Positions 1-10,654 of a stretch of 64,000 bases of DNA are shown piece by piece. The DNA comes from an uncultured Gammaproteobacteria bacterium. GTDB taxonomy: Bacteria; Pseudomonadota; Gammaproteobacteria; Steroidobacterales; Steroidobacteraceae. The notes beneath the pieces were generated by a model. The model was not told where the DNA came from. It searched no databases and saw nothing but the letters and a program-made list of their open reading frames with translations. Every line of letters starts with the position of its first letter. Positions within the stretch are counted from its first letter, which is position 1. The translations under genes were made by a program, and so were the position numbers. The DNA is taken from the NCBI GenBank assembly GCA_963819545.1, contig CAWFWJ010000005.1, positions 133,905 through 197,904 of the forward strand, in the 5' to 3' direction.

Positions 1-265
1 GCAGGCGGCATAAACCGGGATGCCGAGAGGGCCGAGGCTACGAATTGTCCCGAGCGCCGTGACGCTGCCGCCAAGTACGAGGACCGGCACCGCCGCCAGC
101 GGGCGTACCTCAGGGCTGGCCTTGTTGGCTTTTTGCATGGCGCGGTTTTGTAATACTACCGGATGAATGCCCTGCCTGCATGCTCCCAATTGGAGAATTT
201 GACGCGGTACACACAGCCGGCCGGACGGGCTTTACTATCATTGAATTCCCAGTGTGGGAGCACCG

Positions 266-1165
266 ATGCCGGTCTGGCCGAATCTTTTCATTGCGGGCGC
301 GCCCCGGTGCGGCACGTCTTCGCTCCACGCCTGGCTTCAGACGATTCCCGGGATCCACATGTCCCGAATCAAGGAGCCGAATTACTTTTCGCGCACGGTC
401 ATCGCGGACGATCATCCGATGGTGCAGCCGATCCGCGATGAAAAGCAGTACCTAAAGCTCTTCGCCGGAGCAGGGGACGCGAAAATCGTCGGGGAGGCCA
501 GTCCGAATTACCTCGAGGATCCAGAGGCGCCGATCCTTATCGATCGAACGGCACCGGGCGCCAAGGTTCTTGTGAGCCTGCGCGACCCTGTCGAACGGCT
601 CTTCTCCCACTACCTGATGATGCTGAACAACCGCCCATCGATGGGAAGTTTCATGGCGGAAATCGAGCGCGGCCTGTCGCTCCAGAGCAATAGAAGCCAG
701 GCCGTACTTGCTGCCGACACCGGTCTTTATTCCCGGCAGGTCGAGCGTTACCGGGGGATTTTCGGTGACCGGTTCAAAGTCCTGATCTTTGAGGAACTGA
801 TGGCCGATATTCCGGGAACGCTCCGGCAGGTTCTCGCATTTCTGGCCATCGACCATGACGTCAGCAACTTCTCAGATCAGCCCCAGCGGCAGTACAGCGA
901 GGTGCGCGGGTCGTTCGTGCGCTACCTGTTCGGGAATCGCATGATTTCCAGGGCCTCGGAGACGTTAATTCCATTCCGGATCAGAAAGCTGGTCCGCAAT
1001 ACATTTCTGATCAAGGACGCACCAAAGCCTCAAATGGGTCCCGAGGCGCGGGAGTTCCTCATCCGATACTATCGCGACGACGTTCTCCGCCTGGAGGATC
1101 TCCTGGGTCGCCGGCTTCCATGGCGAAACTTCGGTGACGAACCGCAGTCGCGAATTACCGGCTGA
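266..1165 (+). CDS. PAPS-type sulfotransferase family protein (ST-1)
   Basis: Intact ORF (track 254..1165). ATG 266 lies 5 nt after GGAG. Motifs GAPRCGTSS (5'-PSB loop) and SLRDPVERLFS (3'-PB-like). Confidence 0.8.
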   Translation: MPVWPNLFIAGAPRCGTSSLHAWLQTIPGIHMSRIKEPNYFSRTVIADDHPMVQPIRDEKQYLKLFAGAGDAKIVGEASPNYLEDPEAPILIDRTAPGAKVLVSLRDPVERLFSHYLMMLNNRPSMGSFMAEIERGLSLQSNRSQAVLAADTGLYSRQVERYRGIFGDRFKVLIFEELMADIPGTLRQVLAFLAIDHDVSNFSDQPQRQYSEVRGSFVRYLFGNRMISRASETLIPFRIRKLVRNTFLIKDAPKPQMGPEAREFLIRYYRDDVLRLEDLLGRRLPWRNFGDEPQSRITG

Positions 1166-1167
1166 TC

Positions 1168-4005
1168 GTGGCATCGGTGGCAGACCCCATGGCTCAAGTC
1201 GATTCGGGCTACCTGCTTCACGGGTGTTTCGAAGAACAGGCGGTCAGGACACCCGACGCGATCGCTCTGTACTGGAAGGAGCAGTCGGCCACATTCAGGG
1301 CGCTCAATGCCGCGTCCGACCGGGTGGCCGCTGCGCTGCGCTCCAGGGGGATCCGTGACGGAGCTACGGTTGCGCTTCACATGGAGCGCTCGATCCGGTT
1401 TGTCGTGGCGATGCTCGGAATCCTGAAATCGAACTCTGCCGTCGTGCCGCTACCGCCCTCCTATCCCGAGGGCCGGCTCCGGGAGATTCTGTCGTTCTCC
1501 GCCTTCGATGCAGTGATCGACGACGAGGACACGCGCCTCGGCGCGGGCCTCGACGACGGCGTCATCCATTTCGCGGAGCTCGAGAAGTTCCAGGGCGATC
1601 CGGGCGAGCGCGCCGCCGGCGGCTCGCATGAGCCCGCGTTCGTACTCTGTTCGTCGGGTTCCACCGGCCAACCGAAGATGATCGTGCGAAGTCACCGGTC
1701 GTTCTTCCATCGACTCAACTGGACGTGGGAGAACTGGCCCTACGGCGACGGCGAAGTCTGCTGCCAGAAGTCGCACATGACGACGACTCACTCGATCTAC
1801 GAGTTATTCGAGCCCTTGCTGCGCGGTGTTCCTGTTCACATCATCCCGGACGAGGGCGTGCGCAACCTCGAACAGTTCTGGGACACGATCCGGGCAAAGC
1901 GAATCTCGCGCTTGCTGATTGTGCCTTCAGTCCTGCAAGCCTCGCTCGACATGCCCGGTTTCGCCGCTCCGCCGGTCAAGGTCGTCGTTCTTATGGGTGA
2001 ATACCTGCACCCGAAGCTTGCAGGCAGGGCGCTCGGGGCCTTCCCGCCAGAAACGAAGATCTTTTCCATCTACGGCAGTACGGAGGCGAGCTCGACGCTC
2101 GTGTGCGACCTGCGCGAGTCCTGGCGGGACGACGAGGAACTTCCACTCGGCAAGTCAATTTCGCCGGAGGTCAGGGCCCTGGTGCTCGACCCGGCGTTGA
2201 CGGAGGTGGCCGCGGGCGAGAGCGGGCTGCTCCATATGGCGGGGCCGGCGCTCTTCACGGAGTACTTCAGGAACCCAGCGCTGACCTCGTCCGTATTCGT
2301 TCGTGCGTCGGGCGACGGAACGCTACTCTTCAACACGCACGACCAGGTGAGGCGGCTCGCGGACGGAAGCCTTCAGTTCGTCGGGCGTGTCGATCACACG
2401 GTCAAAGTCAGGGGATTTCGCGTCGATCTTGGCGAGGTGGAAAGGGCGCTCCAGCTTCATCCGGATCTCAAGCAGAGTGTCGTGATGCTCGGCGGACCTG
2501 CCGCGGAAAATCCGCCGCTTGTCGCGTTCTATACGCCAGCCATGGTCGATCACGCGGCCCTGTTGAACACCCTCAGGGACCGGCTGCCCGCTTACATGGT
2601 GCCGTCCGTCCTGGTGGGTCTCGAGTCGTTTCCGCTCTCGGCGAGCGGAAAGGTCGATCGCAGGACGCTACTTGAAGAATGGTCGAAGCGCCCTGCGGTT
2701 CCGGCAGCGGACGAGCTGCTTTCGGACACGGAGTCGCGCGTCGTCGAAGTGTGGCGGAAAGTGCTCAAGCATCGGGCGATCCAGCGCGAAAGCAATTTCT
2801 TCGAGGTCGGCGGCACGTCATTGTCTGTGTTTACCGCAGTTCATCAACTGAGGGCTGCCTTTGAACTGGATCGATCCCAGCTTTCCGACCACTCGGTGTA
2901 TAAGTTCCCGACTGTCCGGGAGCTGGCCACTTACATCGATGAGCTTCAGCGCGGCGGCGCGCCAAAGCTGCCCACGAGATCCGTAGTCGCCGTCACGCTC
3001 CGCAGCGGCGAGCCCGCGCGCCCACCGCTGTTCGTGATCGCGTCGTCAGGCGGAACGCTTGGGGCGTACGAGAAGCTCTCGAAGACCCTGACGACGACCC
3101 GTGAGATCGTCGGTATCCGCGATCCGTTCGTCTGGGGCGAGCGGGACCCGACGTCGGGATTCCAGGACTGGATCACGACCTATGTTGCGGCCATCCAGGA
3201 GCGGCAGCCTGCCGGTCCTTACTACGTTTGCGCGTTCTCCTCTGCGGGGGCGTTCGGCTACGAGATCGCGCAGCGGTTGCGCCAGGATGGCCAGGAGGTG
3301 GCGCAGCTCCTGCTAATCGATCCGATCGGGATTGCGGGCGAGGCCGACGAGGACTTTGGTTCTCGGGTTTTCCAGGCGATGTTCCGAGGACGGCGCAGCA
3401 AACTTGTCGTTCGCCTGGCGGGCTGGTGGCGCCTGATCACGGGCGCCGGCCGTCGGAGCAGCGCTGCGGTAGGAGAGAACGATTACGCGATGTCGCGGCA
3501 GGAGTTCGATCGCCGTGTCGCGGACGTACGTCGGGACCAGAAGATCATGAAGGATCTGTCGTCGCTATTCGAGCTGAATACAGCGTTGCCATTCACGATG
3601 TCCGACGACGACTTTTCCGGCAAGGATCCGGACGCGTACCTGGCGACTTTCCTGTCGCGCGTCAAAACGGTTACGCCGGACGTCGATGCGGAGACAGTCG
3701 AAAGGATCCTGGTCCAGTACTACTGCCTGCAGTTGCCGGCGACGCATTTCTACCGGCTCAAGAACTATGACGGCCGGGTCGAGATCTTCGAGCCCGAAGG
3801 CCCCCAGGTAGGGTTGCTCGCAGCCTACTTCAGACCGTATGTCAGAAACCTTCGCATTCGCGTCCTGAAGGCCGGCGCCCCGTCTGCCAGAACGCAGTTC
3901 GTCTGCGCGAATCTCAGTCGGAGCCTCCGGACGCATTACCGCAGCATGCGGGACGACACGTTCGTCGCCAACCTGTGCGCAGAGCTGGAGACCTTGCTGA
4001 GCTAG
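1168..4005 (+). CDS. NRPS-like adenylation / carrier protein / thioesterase tridomain enzyme
   Basis: Intact 945-aa ORF. A-domain cores SSGSTGQPKM, SIYGSTEAS, VKVRGFRVDLGEVE, SASGKVDR. Carrier motif FFEVGGTSLSVF. Alpha/beta-hydrolase nucleophile elbow FSSAGAFG with a long C-terminal region. GTG 1168 or ATG 1189 as start. Confidence 0.85.
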   Translation: MASVADPMAQVDSGYLLHGCFEEQAVRTPDAIALYWKEQSATFRALNAASDRVAAALRSRGIRDGATVALHMERSIRFVVAMLGILKSNSAVVPLPPSYPEGRLREILSFSAFDAVIDDEDTRLGAGLDDGVIHFAELEKFQGDPGERAAGGSHEPAFVLCSSGSTGQPKMIVRSHRSFFHRLNWTWENWPYGDGEVCCQKSHMTTTHSIYELFEPLLRGVPVHIIPDEGVRNLEQFWDTIRAKRISRLLIVPSVLQASLDMPGFAAPPVKVVVLMGEYLHPKLAGRALGAFPPETKIFSIYGSTEASSTLVCDLRESWRDDEELPLGKSISPEVRALVLDPALTEVAAGESGLLHMAGPALFTEYFRNPALTSSVFVRASGDGTLLFNTHDQVRRLADGSLQFVGRVDHTVKVRGFRVDLGEVERALQLHPDLKQSVVMLGGPAAENPPLVAFYTPAMVDHAALLNTLRDRLPAYMVPSVLVGLESFPLSASGKVDRRTLLEEWSKRPAVPAADELLSDTESRVVEVWRKVLKHRAIQRESNFFEVGGTSLSVFTAVHQLRAAFELDRSQLSDHSVYKFPTVRELATYIDELQRGGAPKLPTRSVVAVTLRSGEPARPPLFVIASSGGTLGAYEKLSKTLTTTREIVGIRDPFVWGERDPTSGFQDWITTYVAAIQERQPAGPYYVCAFSSAGAFGYEIAQRLRQDGQEVAQLLLIDPIGIAGEADEDFGSRVFQAMFRGRRSKLVVRLAGWWRLITGAGRRSSAAVGENDYAMSRQEFDRRVADVRRDQKIMKDLSSLFELNTALPFTMSDDDFSGKDPDAYLATFLSRVKTVTPDVDAETVERILVQYYCLQLPATHFYRLKNYDGRVEIFEPEGPQVGLLAAYFRPYVRNLRIRVLKAGAPSARTQFVCANLSRSLRTHYRSMRDDTFVANLCAELETLLS

Positions 4006-4009
4006 GGAT

Positions 4010-4763
4010 TCAGACCCACTTCCAGCATTGCACGGTGCCGACGGGTTCTCTGGTCGCAAGTGCCGCAACGAATTCCTTGGTGGGTGCCGCAATCGGTATC
4101 ACGCGGTTGCCGGCCTCAACACTGACATGCACGGAACCGATGCCCAATCCATGCAGTTTCACCAGTGCTTCCTGCCGAACCCAGTGCTCCAGAAAACGGA
4201 GTTCACGCAAGGTCTCGGAAAGTGAAGCAAGCTCGTCGTACTCTTCGGGCGTCGAGCATGCGCCTGGAAAGCTGCAGTGCATCGGGGATGCTGCGGATTC
4301 GCTCGACGTCGACTCCGACTTCCCCATCGAATCGCACTGCAATGAGTGCGAGTGCATCTGAAGCCGAGGCGTTGAACCGAAAGCGATCCATTCCCATCGC
4401 AGGCGAAAGTGAAGGTTTACCGAAGGCAGAGTAAGTAAATTGCAGCGATTCCGGTGCACGGTCCGCATAGCGGCCGAGAATCTGCCGGAGCATACCGCGC
4501 GCGGCGACGAATCTGGCGCGATCCTGCGCAAATCGGAATCGGTCAGCGCGCGCGACTTCATCCTCGGCGAGCAGGCGTTCCAGTTCGGCGAGATGGGGAG
4601 GGGTCACATCCACGTCGAATGCCCATACGTGGGTTTCGCCGCCACTCAAGGCGGGCCACGAAGATGGAACGCTCCAGGTGTGGCTGCTCAGCGTGCCGCT
4701 GCGGTCCGCGATGGCCGCGTATTGCCGAAGTGGGCGATCTGTTCCGCGCGCAACTGATCGCAC
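4010..4763 (-). pseudogene. Sfp-type 4'-phosphopantetheinyl transferase, one frameshift near 4255-4262
   Basis: N-terminal part in frame 4203..4763 (HVWAFDV, ARADRFRF, FGKPSL, GVDVERI). C-terminal part in frame 4010..4561 (STPEEYDELASL, WVRQEALVKLHGLG). Start uncertain because it overlaps the upstream gene end. Confidence 0.8.
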
Positions 4764-6017
4764 ACGCGACCCTTCGGGAGGACGACGTCCGAATAGCTGA
4801 GCGGCTGGTCCTTGGGAACGTCGCGCACCAGCTTGCAGTCGACCGACAACGACATCGGCAGGTAGCTGTGGTCCAAGCTGTCTCGTAGGTGTCGATCAGG
4901 CCGTAGCTGGTGAAGCCGCCCATGCCGTCGAGCATCTCGCCGGCCTTGCAGGTCGCGCTTGGCGTAGGCGACGGCCTCGCAGACCGGGGCGCCGAGCGGC
5001 GTCAGCGTCGGATCATGGTGAACAGCACGGCGCGCGCGACCGAGTGCGGCAGCTGCAGGTGCGGCAGGTGGTACGGCGTGTAGAACATGTAGAGCGGCCC
5101 GTCGCCGAACTTGAAGTACGCCATGTACTGGCGCTTGACCGGGTGGTCGTTGTAACCCATGACGAAGGCGCCCGTGTGGGGCTCGGCGCCGAGCACGAAA
5201 TCGACCAGGCCGCCGTCCTTGAAGTCGTCGCGGCGTGAAGTGGTTGCAGCAGGTCCTTCACGTGGGCGCACTCATGGCCGTACATGCCGAGCATGCCCGG
5301 CCGGAAGCCCGTGGCATTGCCGATGATCGCGGACTCGAGGGCGAGCTTGGAGCCGTCGGCGAAGGAGGCCACCATGGCGGGCTTCTGCTTGTGCTTCTCC
5401 GCGAATTCGCGCTGCGTGTCCGGGTTGCGGTAGCGGTTCGAGGAAGCCCTTGATCTGCCCCATCAGCACCGGCTTGTAGCCGATGCTGTCGACGAAGCGG
5501 TAGCAGGTTCATCGCCACGCCGGGCTCGTCGCCGTCCGTGTAGGTGTAGACGACGCCGTTGCGGTCGGCGTAGCACCTTCAGGATCGGGCCCGACGGCGG
5601 CGTCGGTCTCGGCGTTCATCAGGACGACGTGCTTGCCGTTGCGGATCGCCTCGAGCGCAGACCCGCGCGCCGGACTCGACGTCGCCCGTCGTCTCGATGA
5701 TGGCCTCGACGCCGCCGGCGCGGCAGAGCGACCGTCGGATCGTCGGTGACGGCGTAGACGCCCGCGGCCATCGCGGCCTCGAGCTCGCGCGGGCGAGCGC
5801 GACCGATCGGAACTCCGTCGCGCCGGCCTCGCGGTAGGCGCGCTCGGCCTGGTCTACGCGTCGCGGTTGGCGATCGCCACGAGCCGCAGTCCCGGGATAC
5901 GCGGTCAGGATCTGCGAGCGCGATGCCGCGGCCCATGTAGCCGGCGCCGACCATGCCGACGCGGACGGGATCGCCCGCGGCGAGCCGCTTCTGCAGCGCG
6001 GTGTCGACGATGATCAT
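4688..6017 (-). pseudogene. NAD(P)-binding oxidoreductase with C-terminal SAF domain (COG4091-like), multiple frameshifts
   Basis: N-terminus MIIVDTALQKRLAAGDPVRVGMVGAGYMGRGIA (5619..6017). Mid fragment GAFVMGYNDHPVKRQYMAYFKFGDGPLYMFYTPYHLPHLQLP (5002..5271). SAF-like end KLVRDVPKDQPLSYSDVVLP (4688..4876). Confidence 0.6.
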
Positions 6018-6053
6018 TGGGATCTCCTCGCGTCGCCTCGCGGCGGGCGACGC

Positions 6054-6606
6054 TCAGCATGAAGTCGGGCCAGTTCCGGTCCTGGTCCGAGACGACGCGG
6101 ACCGGGGCCGGCCAGGTGATGCGCGAACGCCGGGTCGTCGAAGCGGACGCCGCGCGCGGCGTCCGGCGCGTAGCAGGCCGAAGTGAAGTAGGTCAGCTCG
6201 GTGTCGTCCTTCAAGCGTCAGGTAGCCGTGGGCGCAGCCCTCGGGAGCGTAGAGCATGCGGCCGTTGTCCGGCGTCAGCTCCACGCCATCCAGCGCCGGA
6301 AGGTCGGGCGAGTCGGGCCGCAGGTCGACGACGACGTCGTAGACGGCGCCGCGCGTGCAGCGGACGAGCTTGACCTCGGCGTGCGGCGGCTCCTGGTAGT
6401 GCATGCCGCGAAGCGTCCGCGCCTGCGGGCTGCACGCCGGTATTGACCTGCGCGATGCGCGTCGACGAGGCCGTGCTCGGCGAACTCGTGCTCGCACCAG
6501 GTGCGCGCGAAAAAGCCGCGCTCGTCGCGGCCGGGCTCGAGATCGATCGACGAACGCACCCGCCACTGGTGCCCTCGGTGAAGATACCTTCGGACGTCTT
6601 CCAGAC
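6054..6606 (-). pseudogene. dTDP/CDP-sugar 3,5-epimerase (RmlC-type cupin), frameshifted
   Basis: Fragments in three frames: DERGFFARTWCEHEFAEHGL, GMHYQEPPHAEVKLVRCTRGAVYDVVVDLRPDSP, GRMLYAPEGCAHGYLTL, ELTYFTSACYAPDAARGVRFDDPAF. Confidence 0.7.
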
Positions 6607-7378
6607 CATCCAGGGACAATCGCCGCGCGCCTCCATGCGATCGAAGCGTGATCTTGTCCTTGAAGGTGTCCATCGCCTGCCAGAACCCGTCGTGGCGATA
6701 GCGCCGAGCAGGCTTCTTCTCGATCAGCCGCTGGAACGGCTGCTCGACCAGTTCCTCGCCCTCGCTGGATGTAGTCGAAGATCTCGCGCCGCAGCGACGA
6801 AGAAGCCGCCGTTGATGCGGAGCGCGTCGTCCGTGCATCGGGCCGATGCGACGTCGACGAGGCCGTCGGCGTCGGCGCTGCACCACGTGGAAGCTCTGCG
6901 ACGGGCGCACCGCGGCGAAGCTCGCGACCACGTTCTTGCGCTTGAATCGTCGCACATGCGGTCGAGCGGCAGGTCGCGACAGGCCGTCGGAGTAGTTCGC
7001 GAGGAACATGTCCTCGTCTCTCGACGTACTTGCGCACGCGCAGCAGGCGCTGGCCGATGTTCGAGTGCAGCCCGGTGTCGACGAACGTGATGCGCCAGTC
7101 CTCGATGTCGCGGCTGTGCAGCTCGACCTTGCTGGCCGCCGTCGGACAGCGTGAAGTCGTTCGACATGCACTCCTTGTAGTGCAGGAAGTACTCGCGGAT
7201 CAGGTCGCCGCGGTAGCCGAGGCAGAGCACGAAGTCCTTGTGGCCGAAGTGCGCGTAGTAGCGCATCAGGTGCCAGAGGATCGGCCGCGTAGCCGACGTT
7301 CACCAGCGGCTTCGGGATCGTGTCCGAGTGCTCGCGCAGCCGCGTGCCGAGCCCGCCGCAGAACAGCACGACTTTCAT
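6590..7378 (-). pseudogene. rfbF: glucose-1-phosphate cytidylyltransferase, frameshifted
   Basis: MKVVLFCGGLGTRLREHSDTIPKPLV at ATG 7378 (GGGAG upstream). HFGHKDFVLCLGYRGDLIREYFLHYKECMSNDFTL (6724..7266 frame). GFWQAMDTFKDKITL. 3' end approximate. Confidence 0.75.
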
Positions 7379-7401
7379 GGACTCCCGTCTCCTCCTGCGC
7401 C

Positions 7402-8762
7402 CTAGCGGCCGATGCCTTCGTACGTCGCGAACGCACTCGGGACGAACATGCGCCGCCCGTCGACGACGAGCGGCGTGCGGCCCAGTGCGCCGCAGCAGCG
7501 TCGGGCAGCCCTGCGAACTCCGCCCAGCGCGTGACGAGCACCACGACGTCGGCCTCGCCTCAACGCGTCCTCGAGCGTGGCTGCCGCGAGCCGGACGCCG
7601 CGCAGGTCCGGGTGGTACTCCGGCCGCGCGATCGGGTCGTAGGCCGAGACCTGGCGCCGGCGTCGCGGAGGAGCCGGAGGATCGGGAACGCCGGCGACTC
7701 GCGCAGTCGTCGGTATCCGGCTTGAACGCGAGACCGAGCACCGTGACCGCACGCCGCGCAGGTCCGGGATAGTGCTTGCGCGACCAGCGCGCAGCAGCTT
7801 CGTCCGGCTGCGTCGCGTTGATCTCGAGCACGCTGCGCGAGCAGCGGCATGTCGAGCCCGAGATCGCGCCCTTGCGCCACGAGCGCCGTGACGTCCTTCG
7901 GCAGGCAGCTGCCGCCGAAGCCGCAGCCGGCCTCGAGGAAGCTCGCGATGCCGGCCGTCACCGGCTCGGCCACCGGGCGGCGCGCGGTGAAGTAGGCCGA
8001 CGCGTGCACGCCGCGCATCACGTCGGCCACGTCGACGTCGCCGACGCGCGGAGCAGAGCCGGCCGATCTCGTTGAGAACGAGATCATCGTGGCGAGCACG
8101 CGAATTCGAGGCGTACTTGATCATCTCCGCCGTGCGTGTTGTTGGTGCGGATGCGCGGGCGCGGCCGTCGAACGCCGCGTAGAGCGTCTGCAAGTGCGTC
8201 CTGCGTGCGCGTCGTCGATGCCGCCGAGCACGATGCGGTCCGGCGCGCATGAAGTCCGCGACCGCCTGGCCTTCGGTCAGGAACTCGGGATTCATGCCGA
8301 GCCCGAAGTCCGCGACCCGCGACGCTTGCCGGAGGCCTGCCTCGAGCGCACGCGCGGACCACGCCGTCGGTGGTGCCCGGAATCACGGTGCTCTTCACGA
8401 CGACCGCGTGATAGCCTCGGCTTCGTCGCGCAGCGCCGCGCCGATCTCGCTGCGCGGCGCGCTCGACGTAGCTGCAGATCGATGCTTGCCCGTCGGCCGC
8501 CGGCGTGCCCGACCGCGATGAACGTGACGTCCGAGTCTGCGACCGCGCGCGGCAGGTCGGTCGTGGCGCGCAGCCGCTTGCCGACGTGCGCTTGAGCAGC
8601 TCCGGCAAGCCCGGCCTCGTGGATCGGGGCGCGGCCCGCGTTGATCGCTGTCGACCTTGGCCGGATCGAGGTCGACGCAGGTCGACGTCGTGGCCGCGCT
8701 CCGCCAGGCAGGCGCCCGGTGACGAGGCCGACATAGCCGGTGCCGACGATCGAGATCCGCAT
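7402..8762 (-). pseudogene. ugd: UDP-glucose 6-dehydrogenase family protein, multiple frameshifts
   Basis: MRISIVGTGYVGLVTG at 8762. ACLAERGHDV, VTFIAVG, MNPEFLTEGQAVADF, GGSCLPKDV, and end FVPSAFATYEGIGR, distributed over three frames. Confidence 0.75.
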
Positions 8763-8763
8763 C

Positions 8764-9899
8764 AGGCCGCTGCCGCCGACTGGATTGTGGTGGTACCAGA
8801 CCAGCGAGCGGTAGACGCCTTCTTCGACGAGCACCTGCGGCTCGTAGCCGAGCTGCTCGCGCGCCTTGTCGATGACCGGGCAGCGGCGGTTCGGGTTGTC
8901 GACCAGGTAGTCCGCTTCCTGCGGCCTTGCCGAGCACGACCTTGCCCTGGTAGCCGAACAGCTCGCTGCGCGGTCTCGATGACGATGCCGCGCGAGCTCG
9001 GCCATCGAGATCTCCGGCCGTTCGATGCCGACGTTGTAGGGCTCGCCGATTGCCGCCGCGCACGAGAACCTTGTAGTAGCCGGTGATCGCGTCCGTGGCG
9101 TAGCAGAAGGTGCGCTTGGGCGAGCCGTCGGAGAACATGACGATGTCGCGCCCGGCGAGCACGTCCGGGCGAAGTCCGGGATGCACGCGGCCGTCGGTGA
9201 TCTTGAGTCCCGGGCCGTAGTTGTTGAACGGCCGCGCGATCTTGACCGGCATGCCGTGCGTGCTGCGCGAAGGTCGACGCAGAGCGTCTCGCCGAAGCGC
9301 TTGGACTCGTCGTAGCAGGCGCGCGGGCCGGTGCACGACACGTTGCCGCGATAGGTCTCCGGGCGTCGGGATCGCGTCCGCGAGCGGGTCGCCGTAGATC
9401 TCGCTCGACGAATAGAACAGGAAGCCTCGCACGGGCCGGCCGGCCTCGCGCTCCGCGACGGCGTAGTCGAGCAGGTTGCGCAGGCCGTTGATGTTGGCGT
9501 CGATGCACTTGAGCGGCTGCGCGCGGTAGTAGATCGGCGAGGCGATGCCGGCGGCGTGGATGATGTAGTCGAAGTGGCCCATGTCGTGCGGCAGCGGCTG
9601 GATCATGTCCTGCCGCACGAGGGTCGAGGTCGGGCTCGCCGCGCAGCGCCTCGAGCCAGGCCGGCACGCCGCGCATGTAGTTGTCGTAGACCGTGACGTC
9701 GATCGCGCCGCGCCGCTGCGCGGGTGCGGTTCCAGTGCAGGGCCGCCTGCACAGGTAGTAGCCGAGGAAGCCGCCGCCGCCGGTGATCAGCAGCGCGGCC
9801 GCCGGCCATTCTCGGAGAACTCGGCGTCGAGGTCGGTGCAGATCGTCTCGAGGTCGTCCGCGAGCAGCTGCTGCCAGCGGCATCAGCGGGCTGTCCCAT
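8764..9899 (-). pseudogene. NAD-dependent epimerase/dehydratase, UDP-glucuronate decarboxylase (UXS)-like, frameshifted
   Basis: LLITGGGGFLGYYL, DYIIHAAGIASPIYYRAQPLKCIDANINGLRNLLDYA, FLFYSSSEIYGDP, CYDESKRFGETLC (YxxxK), ARPFNNYGPGLKITDGRV. AGGAG lies 7 nt before ATG 9899. Confidence 0.7.
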
Positions 9900-9918
9900 T
9901 GCATGACTCCTCGGCGCG

Positions 9919-10577
9919 TTAAAGCATCGAGCTTGCGCGCATGGAACGCCTCGGCGAGGCCCGAGGGCGCGTTGCACTCGATGCCGCGCAGGCGCAGGTG
10001 CGCCTCGGAACAGATCGCGGCTGAACCAGGCGCGCGTCGCTGGGACGGGAAGCACTCCATCAGCATGTCGAGCTTCGCGCCACATCGTCGTCGCGCGAGC
10101 GGCACGTAGAGATTCGGGTGGCCGAGATCGCCTTCGTATTTCGGGATCTCGTATTCGAGCGACGAGGTGATCGCGAAACGTGTTCCAGGTGAGTTCGGCG
10201 ACCAGCGGTGGTCCTGGTGCCGGTCCTCGAGCCGGTGCGTGAGGATCAGGTCCGGCTGGACGCGCTGCCTTGAGCGACTCGAAGTGGTCCTTGATCTCGG
10301 CGCCGTCGAAGGGGAGGTAGCTCATCCGGAAGTTCAGCACCTCGACCTCTGCGCCGCGCCGCGCCGGTGGATCGCGGCCGCCGCCTTGCGCGTCTCCTGC
10401 TCGCGCGCCGTCCTCGCCCGTGAACACGACCCACTCGAACGCGCTGCTCGGAATGGCGCTCCTGAAGCTCATCAGCGTGCCGCCGCAGCCGATCTCGATG
10501 TCATCGCAGTGCGCGCCGAGGCACAGCACTTTGAGCGGCTCACCCGCGGGCAAACTCAACGACAACATGCGATCCAT
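9919..10577 (-). pseudogene. PIG-L (LmbE) family deacetylase, frameshifted
   Basis: MDRMLSLSLPAGEPLKVLCLGAHCDDIEIGCGGTLM in frame 9603..10946. Later segments shift frame. TAA near 9919. Confidence 0.7.
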
Positions 10578-10654
10578 CCCCAATCGATTGAATTTGCTGG
10601 CGGTAAGTGTCGCCGGAATGACCCTCCGCGACAACATGGCGGAGCCAACGCCGT

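Noticed and set aside
4440-5520. Numerous 60-190-aa ORFs on the plus strand opposite the PPTase and SAF-domain genes
   Set aside because: They are typical high-G+C antisense open frames with Arg/Ala/Gly-rich composition, while the conserved motifs are all on the minus strand.
6275-7831. 518-aa minus-strand ORF spanning the rfbF region
   Set aside because: It contains real RfbF and RmlC-like fragments joined by out-of-frame, Arg-rich filler, and it overlaps the 3' part of ugd. It was replaced by the separate frameshifted gene models.
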